Shown here piece by piece: positions 47,728 to 57,038 of a stretch of DNA of 64,000 nucleotides (its first letter is position 1; every line of letters begins with the position of its first letter). The stretch is taken from the NCBI GenBank assembly GCA_021771035.1, contig JAETPU010000007.1, positions 7,658 to 71,657 on the forward strand, given 5' to 3'. The translations under genes and the position numbers were made by a program. Origin of the DNA: Marvinbryantia formatexigens (GTDB lineage Bacteria; Bacillota; Clostridia; Oscillospirales; Ruminococcaceae). The notes under the pieces were generated by a model, which made no database searches, was not told the DNA's origin, and saw only the letters and a list, made by a program, of their open reading frames with translations.

Positions 47728-48225
47728 TTGTTGGACACAGGAATCCGCCTGTTTGAAACAGCCAGGCAATTCCGGCAGCTGGGACGGGTGGAATGCCTGC
47801 ACCTGATGCCGCAGAATGAAATGGCGGTGCTGAAGCTGGTGGCGGACTCTGCCCTTAAGGATCCGCGGGGGCTGTCAGTCAGCGAGATGGCCCAACGCCT
47901 GAATGTCTCTGTCCCGCTGGTTTCCCGGACCCTCAAGCGCCTGCGGGAAAAGGGGTATATACAAAGCGCAGCCGACCGGCTGGACCGCCGCAGCACCCGG
48001 ATTGTGGCAACCCTGCAGGGAACCCGGGCGCTGGAGGAGACGATGCAGCGTCTGCAAAGCTTTATCCGTCGGGTGGCGGGCCGTATGGAGGAGCAGGAGC
48101 TGCAGCAGCTGCAGGGCCTGCTGGAAAAACTGTACCATGCCATGCGCACGGAGGCCCTGCTATGGACGCAGGAAGAAAAGAATGGAACCTTAAATTTAAA
48201 TGGCCAGGGCTGTCAGGAAAAATGA
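47728..48225 (+). CDS. MarR family transcriptional regulator
   Basis: TTG start after GGGGGAAG. LSVSEMAQRLNVSVPLVSRTLKRLREKGYIQSAADRLDRRSTRI winged helix. Confidence 0.85.
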   Translation: MLDTGIRLFETARQFRQLGRVECLHLMPQNEMAVLKLVADSALKDPRGLSVSEMAQRLNVSVPLVSRTLKRLREKGYIQSAADRLDRRSTRIVATLQGTRALEETMQRLQSFIRRVAGRMEEQELQQLQGLLEKLYHAMRTEALLWTQEEKNGTLNLNGQGCQEK

Positions 48226-48322
48226 CGGCGGCCCGCACGGGTTTTCCTTTGCCGTACAGCGGAGAACCGGGCCGGCCGGTAAGGTTTTGGCAACCGCTCT
48301 AAGAAAGGGATGATACGACGCC

Positions 48323-50485
48323 ATGATAAAAATTCTCAAGAACATGAAGCACCAGTGGAAGGCTGTGATAGCCATTATCCTGCTTCTGTTCGTCCAAGCG
48401 ATTTGTGACTTATCATTACCCAACTATACGTCGAACCTGATTGACGTGGGAATTCAGAACAGCGGCGTGGAATTTGCGACGCCCGCGGTATTGCGGGCAC
48501 AGGAGTACGCCTCCATGCAGCTGTTTATGACCCAGGAGGAAAAAAGCCTCTGGGAAGCGTCCTATCAGCAGGGGGAGGATGGAAACTACCGCCTGAAGGA
48601 TACCTCCCGGGATACGCTCCAAAATTTGGATGACAACTTTACCACTCCCATTGCCATCCACTATATGCTCACCCAGATGGATGACGAGACCAAAGCCAAG
48701 ATGCAAAAGCAGATGGCTGGGGCCGATACCAGCGCCGTCTCCATGGAGAGCGTCCGCGCAAAAATAGAAGAGCAGCTGCATACGATGGGGGACAGTATGC
48801 TGCATTCCAGCGCCGTGGCCTATACCAAAAGCGAATATGAGGCTGTGGGCGAGGACTTGGGCGCGATTCAGAGCAAATATCTATGGAAAACCGGCGGCAT
48901 GATGCTGGGGATGTCCCTTTTGATGGCGGCCTCCGCGGTGCTGGTGGGCCTGCTGGCCTCCAGAGTGGGCGCGGGCGTCGGCCGGGATCTGCGGGAAAAG
49001 GTCTTTAACCGTGTGGTGGGCTTCTCCAACGCGGAGGTAAACCGCTTCTCCACCGCTTCCCTGATCACCCGCAGCACCAACGATATCCAGCAGATTCAGA
49101 TGGTTTCCACCATGCTGCTCAGGATGATTTTCTACGCGCCGATTTTGGCAATCGGCGGCATTATCATGGTGCTGCGCACCGGAGCCAACATGGAATGGAT
49201 TATTGTGGTGGCGGTGCTGGCAATTTTGTGCCTGGTAGGCGTTTTGATGGCGGTTGCCATGCCCAAGTTTAAACTCATGCAGACCCTGGTGGATAAGGTC
49301 AACCTGGTAGCCCGGGAAATTCTTACCGGCCTGTCTGTGATCCGCGCCTTCGGGCGGGAGGAGCTGGAGGAAAAGCGCTTTGACGACGCCAACCGCCAGC
49401 TCACCAAGACCATGCTGTTCACCAACCGCGCCATGACCTTTATGATGCCGGTGATGATGCTCATTATGAACGCCGTATCTGTGCTGATCGTGTGGGTTTC
49501 TGCCAACCGGATTGATGCGGGTACCCTCCAGGTGGGCACCATGACCGCGTTCATCACCTATACGATGCAGATTGTCATGTCCTTCCTGATGATCTGTATG
49601 GTCTCCATTATGCTGCCCCGTGCCGCGGTGGCCGCAGAGCGTATCGATGAGGTGGTGCGCACCGAGCCCACCATCGAGGATCTGCCGGACAGCAAAACCC
49701 TGGAGAATGCCAGGGGTGTGGTGGAGTTCGATCATGTCAGCTTTAAGTATCCGGGGGCCCAGGACGACAGCCTGTCGGACATCACCTTCACGGCAAGGCC
49801 AGGGGAGACAACGGCCATCATCGGCAGCACCGGCAGCGGAAAATCCACTTTGGTGCATCTGATTCCCCGGTTCTATGACGTGACGGATGGCTGCATCCGC
49901 GTGGATGGAACCGATATCCGCCGGCTCTCCCAGCACAGCCTGCGGGCTCAAATCGGCTTTGTGCCGCAGAAGGGGGTTCTGTTCTCCGGAACCATCGCCT
50001 CCAATATCTGCTATGGCGAGGATACCATCGACGAAGCGGGGATGAAAGAGGCGGCAAAGATTGCGCAGGCCACCGAGTTTATCGAGGAAAAGCATGATGG
50101 GTATGAGAGCCCCATCGCCCAGGGAGGCTCCAACGTCTCCGGCGGGCAGAAGCAGCGCCTCTCCATTGCCAGGGCCATTGCCAAGGATCCGAAGATCTAT
50201 ATCTTTGACGACAGCTTTTCCGCCTTGGACTTTAAAACCGATACCGCCCTGCGCCGCGCGCTGGGCCCCAAGGTCAAGGACTCTACGGTTTTCATTGTGG
50301 CCCAGCGGATTTCCACCATCCTCTATGCCGACCAGATCCTCGTCTTGGACGAGGGGCGCCTGGTGGGCAAGGGTACCCACAGCCAGCTGATGCAGAGCTG
50401 TGAGGAATATCAGCAGATTGCACGTTCGCAGCTCTCGGAGGAGGAGCTGTCGGCGGATTATTCGGGAAAGGCGGTGAAGGATTAA
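48323..50485 (+). CDS. ABC exporter, fused permease/ATPase, with ~140-aa insertion after TM1
   Basis: 720 aa. Walker A GSTGSGKST, signature VSGGQKQR, Walker B IYIFDDSFSALD. Confidence 0.9.
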   Translation: MIKILKNMKHQWKAVIAIILLLFVQAICDLSLPNYTSNLIDVGIQNSGVEFATPAVLRAQEYASMQLFMTQEEKSLWEASYQQGEDGNYRLKDTSRDTLQNLDDNFTTPIAIHYMLTQMDDETKAKMQKQMAGADTSAVSMESVRAKIEEQLHTMGDSMLHSSAVAYTKSEYEAVGEDLGAIQSKYLWKTGGMMLGMSLLMAASAVLVGLLASRVGAGVGRDLREKVFNRVVGFSNAEVNRFSTASLITRSTNDIQQIQMVSTMLLRMIFYAPILAIGGIIMVLRTGANMEWIIVVAVLAILCLVGVLMAVAMPKFKLMQTLVDKVNLVAREILTGLSVIRAFGREELEEKRFDDANRQLTKTMLFTNRAMTFMMPVMMLIMNAVSVLIVWVSANRIDAGTLQVGTMTAFITYTMQIVMSFLMICMVSIMLPRAAVAAERIDEVVRTEPTIEDLPDSKTLENARGVVEFDHVSFKYPGAQDDSLSDITFTARPGETTAIIGSTGSGKSTLVHLIPRFYDVTDGCIRVDGTDIRRLSQHSLRAQIGFVPQKGVLFSGTIASNICYGEDTIDEAGMKEAAKIAQATEFIEEKHDGYESPIAQGGSNVSGGQKQRLSIARAIAKDPKIYIFDDSFSALDFKTDTALRRALGPKVKDSTVFIVAQRISTILYADQILVLDEGRLVGKGTHSQLMQSCEEYQQIARSQLSEEELSADYSGKAVKD

Positions 50486-52338
50486 TGGAAAAGGGACACA
50501 ACACTCCCTCCCGCCCCGTACGGCGGGGCCCCATGGGAGGGCACGGCCCGATGGGTGCCGGCGAAAAGGCGCGGGACTTTAAGGGTACTATCAAAAAGCT
50601 GCTGGCCTATATCGGGCGCTATAAGCTGGCTGTCCTGGCTGTGATGATCTTTGCCGTGGGCAGCACCGTATTCAGCATCCTGGGCCCGAAAATTATGGGT
50701 AACGCCACCACGGAGCTGGCAAACGGCCTGATGGGCAAGATCCAGGGGACCGGGGGCATCGATTTCGGCGTGATCGGCAACATCCTTCTGCTGGTTTTGG
50801 TGATGTATGGCGTCAGCGCCATTCTCAACTTTGTGCAGGGATTTCTGATGACTGGCATCACCCAGAAAATCTGTTACCGGATGCGCCGGGAGATCTCCGA
50901 GAAGATCGACCGGATGCCCATGAAATATTTTGAAACCCGCACCTACGGCGAGGTGCTCTCCCGCATCACCAACGATGTGGATACCCTGGGCAATGGGCTC
51001 AACCAGAGCGTAACCCAGCTGATTACCTCTATTGCCACTCTCATCGGCGTTCTGGTGATGATGCTGAGCATCAGCCCGCTGATGACCCTGATTACCCTGG
51101 TGATTCTGCCGATCAGCGTAGCGCTCATCGGGCTGGTGGTCAAGAAATCCCAGAAATACTTCAGAACCCAGCAGGAATACCTGGGGCATATCAACGGCCA
51201 GGTGGAAGAGGTTTACAGCGGGCATATGATCGTCAAGGCCTTCAACCAGGAGGAAAACGTTCAGAAGCAGTTCCATGAGACCAATGAGATTTTGTACCGC
51301 TCGGCATGGAAATCCCAGTTTCTTTCCGGCATGATGCACCCCATCATGGTGTTTGTGGGCAACCTGGGGTATGTGGCGGTGGCTATCTCCGGCGCGTTTT
51401 TAGCCATCCGGGGCACCATCACCATCGGCGATATCCAGGCGTTTATCCAGTATGTGCGCAACTTTACCAACCCCATCCAGCAGATAGCCCAGGTCTCCAA
51501 TATGCTGCAGTCCATGGCTGCCGCCGCGGAGCGGGTATTTGAATTTTTGGATGAGGAGGAGGAGCAGCAGACGCTGGAGAACCCCGCCCCCATCGGCGCC
51601 ATTGGAGGCAATGTGGCTTTTGAGCACGTGAGCTTCGGCTACCGTGAGGACCAGACCATCATCCACGATTTCAACGCGACCGTGCGCGCCGGGCAGAAAA
51701 TCGCCATCGTGGGCCCCACCGGCGCCGGCAAGACCACCATGGTAAAGCTGCTCATGCGCTATTACGATGTCAACAGCGGTTCCATTATCCTGGATGGTCA
51801 CGATATCCGGGACTTCAACCGCAGGGATCTGCGCAGCGCCTTTGGAATGGTGCTCCAGGATACGTGGCTGTTTAAGGGCACCATTATGGAGAATATCCGC
51901 TATGGTCGCCTGGACGCCACCGACGAGGAAGTGATTGCCGCGGCGAAGGCGGCCCATGCCCACCATTTTATCCAGACTTTGCCGGGCGGCTATCAGATGG
52001 AACTCAATGAGGAGGCCAGCAACGTCTCCCAGGGCCAAAAGCAGCTGCTCACCATCGCCAGGGCCATCCTGGCAAACCGCCCGATTCTGATTCTGGATGA
52101 GGCCACCTCCTCGGTGGATACCAGAACCGAGGTGCGTATTCAGAAGGCCATGGATAACCTGGTCAAGGGCCGCACCAGCTTCATCATCGCCCACCGGCTC
52201 TCCACCATCCGGGATGCGGACCTCATTCTCTGCATGAAGGACGGAGACATTGTGGAGCAGGGAAGCCATGAGGAGCTCATTGCCAAGAACGGATTCTACG
52301 CCAATTTGTACAACAGCCAGTTTGAAAAGGTGTCCTGA
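50485..52338 (+). CDS. ABC exporter, fused permease/ATPase (heterodimer partner)
   Basis: 617 aa. The start overlaps the upstream stop (TAATG). GPTGAGKTT, VSQGQKQL, ILILDEATSSVD. Confidence 0.9.
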   Translation: MEKGHNTPSRPVRRGPMGGHGPMGAGEKARDFKGTIKKLLAYIGRYKLAVLAVMIFAVGSTVFSILGPKIMGNATTELANGLMGKIQGTGGIDFGVIGNILLLVLVMYGVSAILNFVQGFLMTGITQKICYRMRREISEKIDRMPMKYFETRTYGEVLSRITNDVDTLGNGLNQSVTQLITSIATLIGVLVMMLSISPLMTLITLVILPISVALIGLVVKKSQKYFRTQQEYLGHINGQVEEVYSGHMIVKAFNQEENVQKQFHETNEILYRSAWKSQFLSGMMHPIMVFVGNLGYVAVAISGAFLAIRGTITIGDIQAFIQYVRNFTNPIQQIAQVSNMLQSMAAAAERVFEFLDEEEEQQTLENPAPIGAIGGNVAFEHVSFGYREDQTIIHDFNATVRAGQKIAIVGPTGAGKTTMVKLLMRYYDVNSGSIILDGHDIRDFNRRDLRSAFGMVLQDTWLFKGTIMENIRYGRLDATDEEVIAAAKAAHAHHFIQTLPGGYQMELNEEASNVSQGQKQLLTIARAILANRPILILDEATSSVDTRTEVRIQKAMDNLVKGRTSFIIAHRLSTIRDADLILCMKDGDIVEQGSHEELIAKNGFYANLYNSQFEKVS

Positions 52339-52462
52339 GCCTGCGCGGATGCCGGGCCGCGGCGCCGTTTCCCATGGGAGCGGCACCCGGCTTTTTGCAA
52401 GCTGAATCAGGAAGCCAATAGAAACGCAGGGCCCATGAGGGGTTCTGCCGGGAGGGATCACA

Positions 52463-53065
52463 TTGCGTTATTCAGTCATCGCGATAGAACGCGAATATGC
52501 CAGCGGCGGACGGGAGATTGGAGAAAAAACGGCTGAAATACTGGGGATTCCCTGTTATAACAGCCAGGTGCTGCAGATGGCGGCCCAAAAGCTGGGAAAA
52601 TCCCCGGACTATGTGCAGGAAATGGACGAAACGGCGCCCAACAGCCTCTTGTATTCCCTGTCCGTCATGGCGAAGCCCATTTCCTTTGACGGCAGCCGGG
52701 TGGATACCGCCAATTCCCTGCACGCAGCTGAGGCCAAGGTGGTATGGAATCTGGCCCAGGAGGGCCCTTGCGTCATCATCGGGCGCTGTGCGGGGGTTAT
52801 TTTAAAGGATCGCCGGGATGTTCTGCGGGTATTTATCCATGCGGCGCCTGAGTTTCGAGCAAAACGGGCCCAGGAGGAGTATGGGATACCTGAGCGTGAA
52901 ATTGCCCAGACCCTGCGCCGGTTTGACCGTAAGCGGGCCGGCTATTACAGCTTTTTTTCCACCCAGAAGTGGGATGGCCGTTCCGGGTATGACCTGATGC
53001 TGGACAGCTCCAAGCTGGGGCTGGAGTCCAGCGCCAAGCTTCTGGCCTTTTTGGCAAGGGGCTGA
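52463..53065 (+). CDS. Cytidylate kinase-like family protein
   Basis: TTG start after GGGAGGG. IAIEREYASGGREIGEKTAEILGIPCY... is the typical N-terminus of the cytidylate-kinase-like family of Firmicutes. Confidence 0.7.
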   Translation: MRYSVIAIEREYASGGREIGEKTAEILGIPCYNSQVLQMAAQKLGKSPDYVQEMDETAPNSLLYSLSVMAKPISFDGSRVDTANSLHAAEAKVVWNLAQEGPCVIIGRCAGVILKDRRDVLRVFIHAAPEFRAKRAQEEYGIPEREIAQTLRRFDRKRAGYYSFFSTQKWDGRSGYDLMLDSSKLGLESSAKLLAFLARG

Positions 53066-53083
53066 GAGATACCGGCGGAAGAG

Positions 53084-53114
53084 AAACAGGGAGCGCCCGG
53101 CGCTCCCTGTTTTG
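53084..53114 (+). terminator. Intrinsic terminator
   Basis: AAACAGGGAGCG / CGCTCCCTGTTT stem, then TTGC. Confidence 0.75.
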
Positions 53115-53439
53115 CATATAACGGATCGGCCGCAGCGGGGAAAGGATGCACAATCCCCATAAGGTGTAGCCCAACCGCACTTTTTCCGTGAGGAATCCCT
53201 TTGAGGATACAACGCACGGGGAGAAAAGCCGTGCCGTTTGCGCGAAAAGCAGTAATAGCCTTTGGATGGCAGCGCCCTTGGGGTACGAGCGGCGTTCTGT
53301 CATTTTACAGGCTGGCTTGAGGATATGGGGCCAGGCTCGGTCTCCGGTTCTGCCGGGGGGCTTGAAACGGGATTCACAGGGGACCTGCAAATAGTCTGGA
53401 AACAGTGCAAAAAAACTATTACAAAAAATGGAAAAATAG

Positions 53440-53469
53440 TTGTCGGAAGGGTTTAAAATGTGATATGAT
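53440..53469 (+). promoter_or_regulatory. Possible extended -10 promoter in a long GC-rich gap
   Basis: TTGTCG, 18 nt spacer, TGaTATGAT. It lies in the only AT-rich patch of the 53115-53836 gap. Confidence 0.35.
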
Positions 53470-53836
53470 ACAATAATCGCAAAGTGTTTAACAATGCCAA
53501 ACCGCAGAATATCCCGGTTGGGTTCAGGCCTTGCTGTGCTACGGCAAATAGGCGGAACTGTCCAGGCGTGGGATTTTGCATCTGGCGTTGGGGCTTGGCC
53601 GGGGCGCTGGCCGGGGAATGTGAGCAAGCCCCAGGCTGCCGGTGTTTGACGGTACCCGCCTGGCTGATGGGAACCCTGCAGGCGTCGTCCAGAAGGGGCC
53701 GGGCAACTCTGTTTTCAAGGAAAAGCAGCGGATACGGCTGCCGGGAGCGTACCAGAGGGCCAGAGGCCACTGCCTTTTTTAAGTTTGCCGCCACTTGGAG
53801 CCGCAGGGGTTCCGGGGCGGGGAAGGAGCCGGAACT

Positions 53837-54628
53837 ATGGAGCAGCCGCACCCATTCGACAGCCTGTGCCAAAAATGGATTGCCCAGTATGGCAGTATCC
53901 AGCGGGACGGGGGAATCGGCACCTTGGGGGAACGTACGCTCCATGCTGTGCTCAAGGAGTATTTTCAGCCGGACAGTTCCCTCAGGGAGATTCCGCTTGC
54001 GGGCTTTGTGGCGGATATCCGCAGCGACAGCGGCATTATCGAGGTGCAAACCCGGCAGCTCTCCAAGCTGTGCCGCAAGCTGGATGCCTTTCTGCCCCTG
54101 GCTCCGGTGACGGTGGTGTATCCTGTGGCGCAGGTGAAGTGGCTGTGCTGGGTGGATCCTGAAACCGGAGAGTCGAGCGCCCGGCGGCGTTCGCCCAAGC
54201 GGGGAGAGGCCTTTGATATTTTAGAGGAGCTCTACTGGATGCGCCGGATGCTGGGCCGGGAAGGGCTCCAGTTTCGGGTGGTTCTTCTGGAACTGATGGA
54301 ATACCGGCTTTTGGATGGCTGGAGCAGGGATAAAAAGAAAGGTTCCCAGCGGGTGGAACGAATTCCACTGTCCTGGCGCGGCGAGGTTTTGCTCAAAGTC
54401 CCCGGTGATTTTTTGGAACTGCTGCCCTTTGGGTTAGAGGAACCCTTCACTGTGGAGGAGCTGGCAAAACGGCTGTCCCGGTCCCAAACCTTTGCGCGCA
54501 GGGCCATCGCGGTACTGCGCCAGCTGGGACTTGTGCAGCAGCAGGGAAAAAGAGGACGGCGCTATCTGTATCAGCGCAGCGGAGAAACGGCTGAGGGCTT
54601 GGAGCCTGTCCCTGTAAAACTTGGATGA
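53837..54628 (+). CDS. Hypothetical protein, possible PD-(D/E)xK nuclease-like N-terminal half and winged-helix-like C-terminus
   Basis: GGAAGGAG RBS 8 nt before ATG 53837. GERTLHAVLKEYF...GFVADIRSDSGIIEVQTRQ resembles an E...D...ExQ/K nuclease core. The assignment is tentative. Confidence 0.45.
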   Translation: MEQPHPFDSLCQKWIAQYGSIQRDGGIGTLGERTLHAVLKEYFQPDSSLREIPLAGFVADIRSDSGIIEVQTRQLSKLCRKLDAFLPLAPVTVVYPVAQVKWLCWVDPETGESSARRRSPKRGEAFDILEELYWMRRMLGREGLQFRVVLLELMEYRLLDGWSRDKKKGSQRVERIPLSWRGEVLLKVPGDFLELLPFGLEEPFTVEELAKRLSRSQTFARRAIAVLRQLGLVQQQGKRGRRYLYQRSGETAEGLEPVPVKLG

Positions 54629-54672
54629 GTTGGGCCCTTGAGGCGGACCATATAAGGGAGGATGTTGTGAGT

Positions 54673-55320
54673 ATGCGACAGAAAACAATTCTGGTGGTAG
54701 GCGATTACGGGGAGCGTGCGCCCTACCATCCTCTGGATGGGGTTGACACTCTGCTGACCCGGACTTTTTCAGAGTATTTGGTGAGCTGTACCGGGAATTA
54801 TGACGCATTCCAGGAGGATTTCCTGCGGGGTTATGATTTGTGCATCTCCTACCTGGATTGCTGGGATGGCGGACAGGCCCGGCCTGACGCCCTGAGCGAT
54901 TCCCAGGTGGGCGGGCTTCTTTGCTATGTGGCGGGCGGCGGCAAGCTCCTGAACTTGCATACGGGGATTGCCGATCAGGGGCGGTATGAGCTGGCACAGC
55001 TCAACGGCGCCTATTTTACCGGGCATCCGCCCATGCGGGAACTGGTTTACCAGCCCCGGGAATCCCGGCATCCCGCCCTGCGGGGAGTACGGGAATTTAC
55101 TCTGCAGGAGGAACCCTACCAGTTTGACTTTCGCTTTGGCACGCCGGTGCAGATGCTCATGGAGTATACCTATGAGGGAAACCGATACCCCGCTATGTGG
55201 GAGCATTCCTTCGGCCTGGGAAAAGTCATGTATTTCCAGCCCGGGCATACCCCTCAAAACCTGGAGCACCCGATGGTGCAGAAAATTTTAGTTCAGCTGG
55301 CGGCGTATTTGACGCGGTGA
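54673..55320 (+). CDS. ThuA domain-containing protein
   Basis: ...YVAGGGKLLNLHTGI...FTGHPP...HPALRGVREFTLQEEPYQFD...PAMWEHSFGLGKVMYFQPGH follows the ThuA pattern. Confidence 0.7.
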   Translation: MRQKTILVVGDYGERAPYHPLDGVDTLLTRTFSEYLVSCTGNYDAFQEDFLRGYDLCISYLDCWDGGQARPDALSDSQVGGLLCYVAGGGKLLNLHTGIADQGRYELAQLNGAYFTGHPPMRELVYQPRESRHPALRGVREFTLQEEPYQFDFRFGTPVQMLMEYTYEGNRYPAMWEHSFGLGKVMYFQPGHTPQNLEHPMVQKILVQLAAYLTR

Positions 55321-55332
55321 GACGGACTGTAT

Positions 55333-55384
55333 AAAAATCCGCCGGCCTTTTCCTCATATATGGGAAAAGGCCGGCGGATTTTTA
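55333..55384. terminator. Bidirectional intrinsic terminator
   Basis: Perfect 21-nt arms AAAAATCCGCCGGCCTTTTCC / GGAAAAGGCCGGCGGATTTTT. Confidence 0.9.
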
Positions 55385-55500
55385 TTTGCTGTCTATAAAC
55401 ATCACAAATAGAGACCAAAAAGTATATAATATGTTGAAAATATTTATTGAATAATCTATTGTGAATATGTAAAAATTTCTCTTAGAAGAGGAGGATTAGA

Positions 55501-56124
55501 ATGAAAAGGATGCTGAGGTTTTTAAGAGGGGTTTTCTTCGGGGCGCTTGCCTTTGGAATGGTGGTGAGCCTCCCCATGGACGTTTCGGCGGCTGCCAGAT
55601 TGGCCTTTGACTATCGGTGGCAGGTTTGCCCAAATACGCTGCCGTTCCGTTGTGATATTCCGGAAAAAAGTGCGGTTCAAAGTGCCATGAATACTTGGAA
55701 CGCGGTGAAAGATTTTAGTGGGAAATCCATGCTGACTCTTCAAATGACTACCAGTTCCAGTGCTTCCAATACGATTTCTTATTACAGTGGCAGTAGATTT
55801 GACACTGCAGTTGGTTATACTGATGAAGCAACCTATACTTCAAATGGTAAGAAATATGTATCCTCCATGAAGATCTATCTGTGTACCTACAACGGCAAGC
55901 AGTATTCGGTTGGAGCCAAGGTAAATTGTTTTGATATTCAGACCATTGTGACACATGAGTTGGGCCATGCGCTGTGTGTTATGCATTGTCACAAGCAGGG
56001 GGCCTCATCTTGTTTCAGTTCCACCTGTACCAGTAATGTCATGAACCCGGATGCTCATAGAAACTTTACGAGGCGTACATTAACCAGCTATGACAAGTCA
56101 TCCTACCAGGTGATCTACGATTGA
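55501..56124 (+). CDS. Secreted zinc metalloprotease, metzincin/matrixin-like
   Basis: Signal peptide MKRMLRFLRGVFFGALAFGMVVSLPMDVSAA. Zinc motif HELGHALCVMH (HExxHxxxxxH with Cys at the usual Gly position). GAGGAGGA RBS. About 35% GC. Confidence 0.72.
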   Translation: MKRMLRFLRGVFFGALAFGMVVSLPMDVSAAARLAFDYRWQVCPNTLPFRCDIPEKSAVQSAMNTWNAVKDFSGKSMLTLQMTTSSSASNTISYYSGSRFDTAVGYTDEATYTSNGKKYVSSMKIYLCTYNGKQYSVGAKVNCFDIQTIVTHELGHALCVMHCHKQGASSCFSSTCTSNVMNPDAHRNFTRRTLTSYDKSSYQVIYD

Positions 56125-56139
56125 GGAGGCGAAAGAGAA

Positions 56140-56739
56140 ATGAAAGTGTCACATAAAATTAAGAGGGCATTGATTGGTATAGGCGGTGGGACATTGACGG
56201 TCTGTATCTGTGCGGGTATTTGGATTTGGAGCGGCGCGGCAAAACACGAACCGGTAACCAATGATAAGCCGATCCATACAATCAGCTTCAGTTATGCGGT
56301 GGATCCCTTATCAACTTATTTAAATGCTCCTGATCCTGTTGCAATCGTTAAGGGAACCTTAACACGGCGATATCATGATCAGGCCTTCCTGGATACTATG
56401 GGGTTTGCTTATACTCCATTGGTAATCCGAATCGATGAACTTTTATATGGGAATGTAGCAGAAAAGGCATTGGTTTGTACGGAAAAAGGGGGGGAAATCG
56501 ATGGTGTAATCTATCAAGTGGGTGACGAAGACAATTTAGATATAGGACAACAGGCAATCGTTGTTCTTATTTATAGTACTGAGAATGGTTTTTCAGGATG
56601 GCATGTCTTATTTTATGCCGATAAAACAGGGGAGGATACCTATTCGTTCCCTAGCTATATTCAAGATATGCCAAAGGATGTCTCCATTGAACAGCTCAAG
56701 GCTATCATAGCCGAAGGGGCTCCGCAAGACACGGAATAG
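56140..56739 (+). CDS. Hypothetical membrane-anchored protein (single N-terminal TM)
   Basis: GAGGAGG RBS. LIGIGGGTLTVCICAGIWIW anchor. Follows the protease gene by 15 nt. No family recognised. Confidence 0.6.
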   Translation: MKVSHKIKRALIGIGGGTLTVCICAGIWIWSGAAKHEPVTNDKPIHTISFSYAVDPLSTYLNAPDPVAIVKGTLTRRYHDQAFLDTMGFAYTPLVIRIDELLYGNVAEKALVCTEKGGEIDGVIYQVGDEDNLDIGQQAIVVLIYSTENGFSGWHVLFYADKTGEDTYSFPSYIQDMPKDVSIEQLKAIIAEGAPQDTE

Positions 56740-56754
56740 CCCCGATAAGGAACG

Positions 56755-56789
56755 TAAGCCCCCGGTTGTACTCGGGGGCTTATGTTTTT
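56755..56789 (+). terminator. Intrinsic terminator of the protease islet
   Basis: TAAGCCCCCG / CGGGGGCTTA stem, then TGTTTTT. Confidence 0.85.
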
Positions 56790-57038
56790 GTTTATGGAAA
56801 AAACCGGTTTCCAGGCCGAAAACGGTATGCCGCAAAATCCATTGTGGATTTGCTTTTGGCTGGCTAAAGCGGTTGTCCCCGGCAAAACCAGGGGGAGTGA
56901 AGCCCAAAGGAAACAAAAACCCCGCAGGGGAACCATCACCCTGCGGGGAACAATTTTCACGGAAGCTTATACTCTATCCCTGCTCCAGTGGGGCAGGCCG
57001 CTGAAACGTCCAAATCCGGGCACCGGTGTCCCAGTCAA

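Noticed and set aside
48881-50380. 499-aa minus-strand ORF. Similar long antisense ORFs occur at 39446-40549, 42592-43941, 57378-58739, 18278-19378, 51400-52461 and 6847-7827.
   Set aside because: Each is antisense to a gene with unmistakable conserved motifs (ABC exporter, rpoD, lon, hydG, SBP, DUF3737-like). The compositions are non-protein-like (runs of G, R, H, P). None has a credible RBS.
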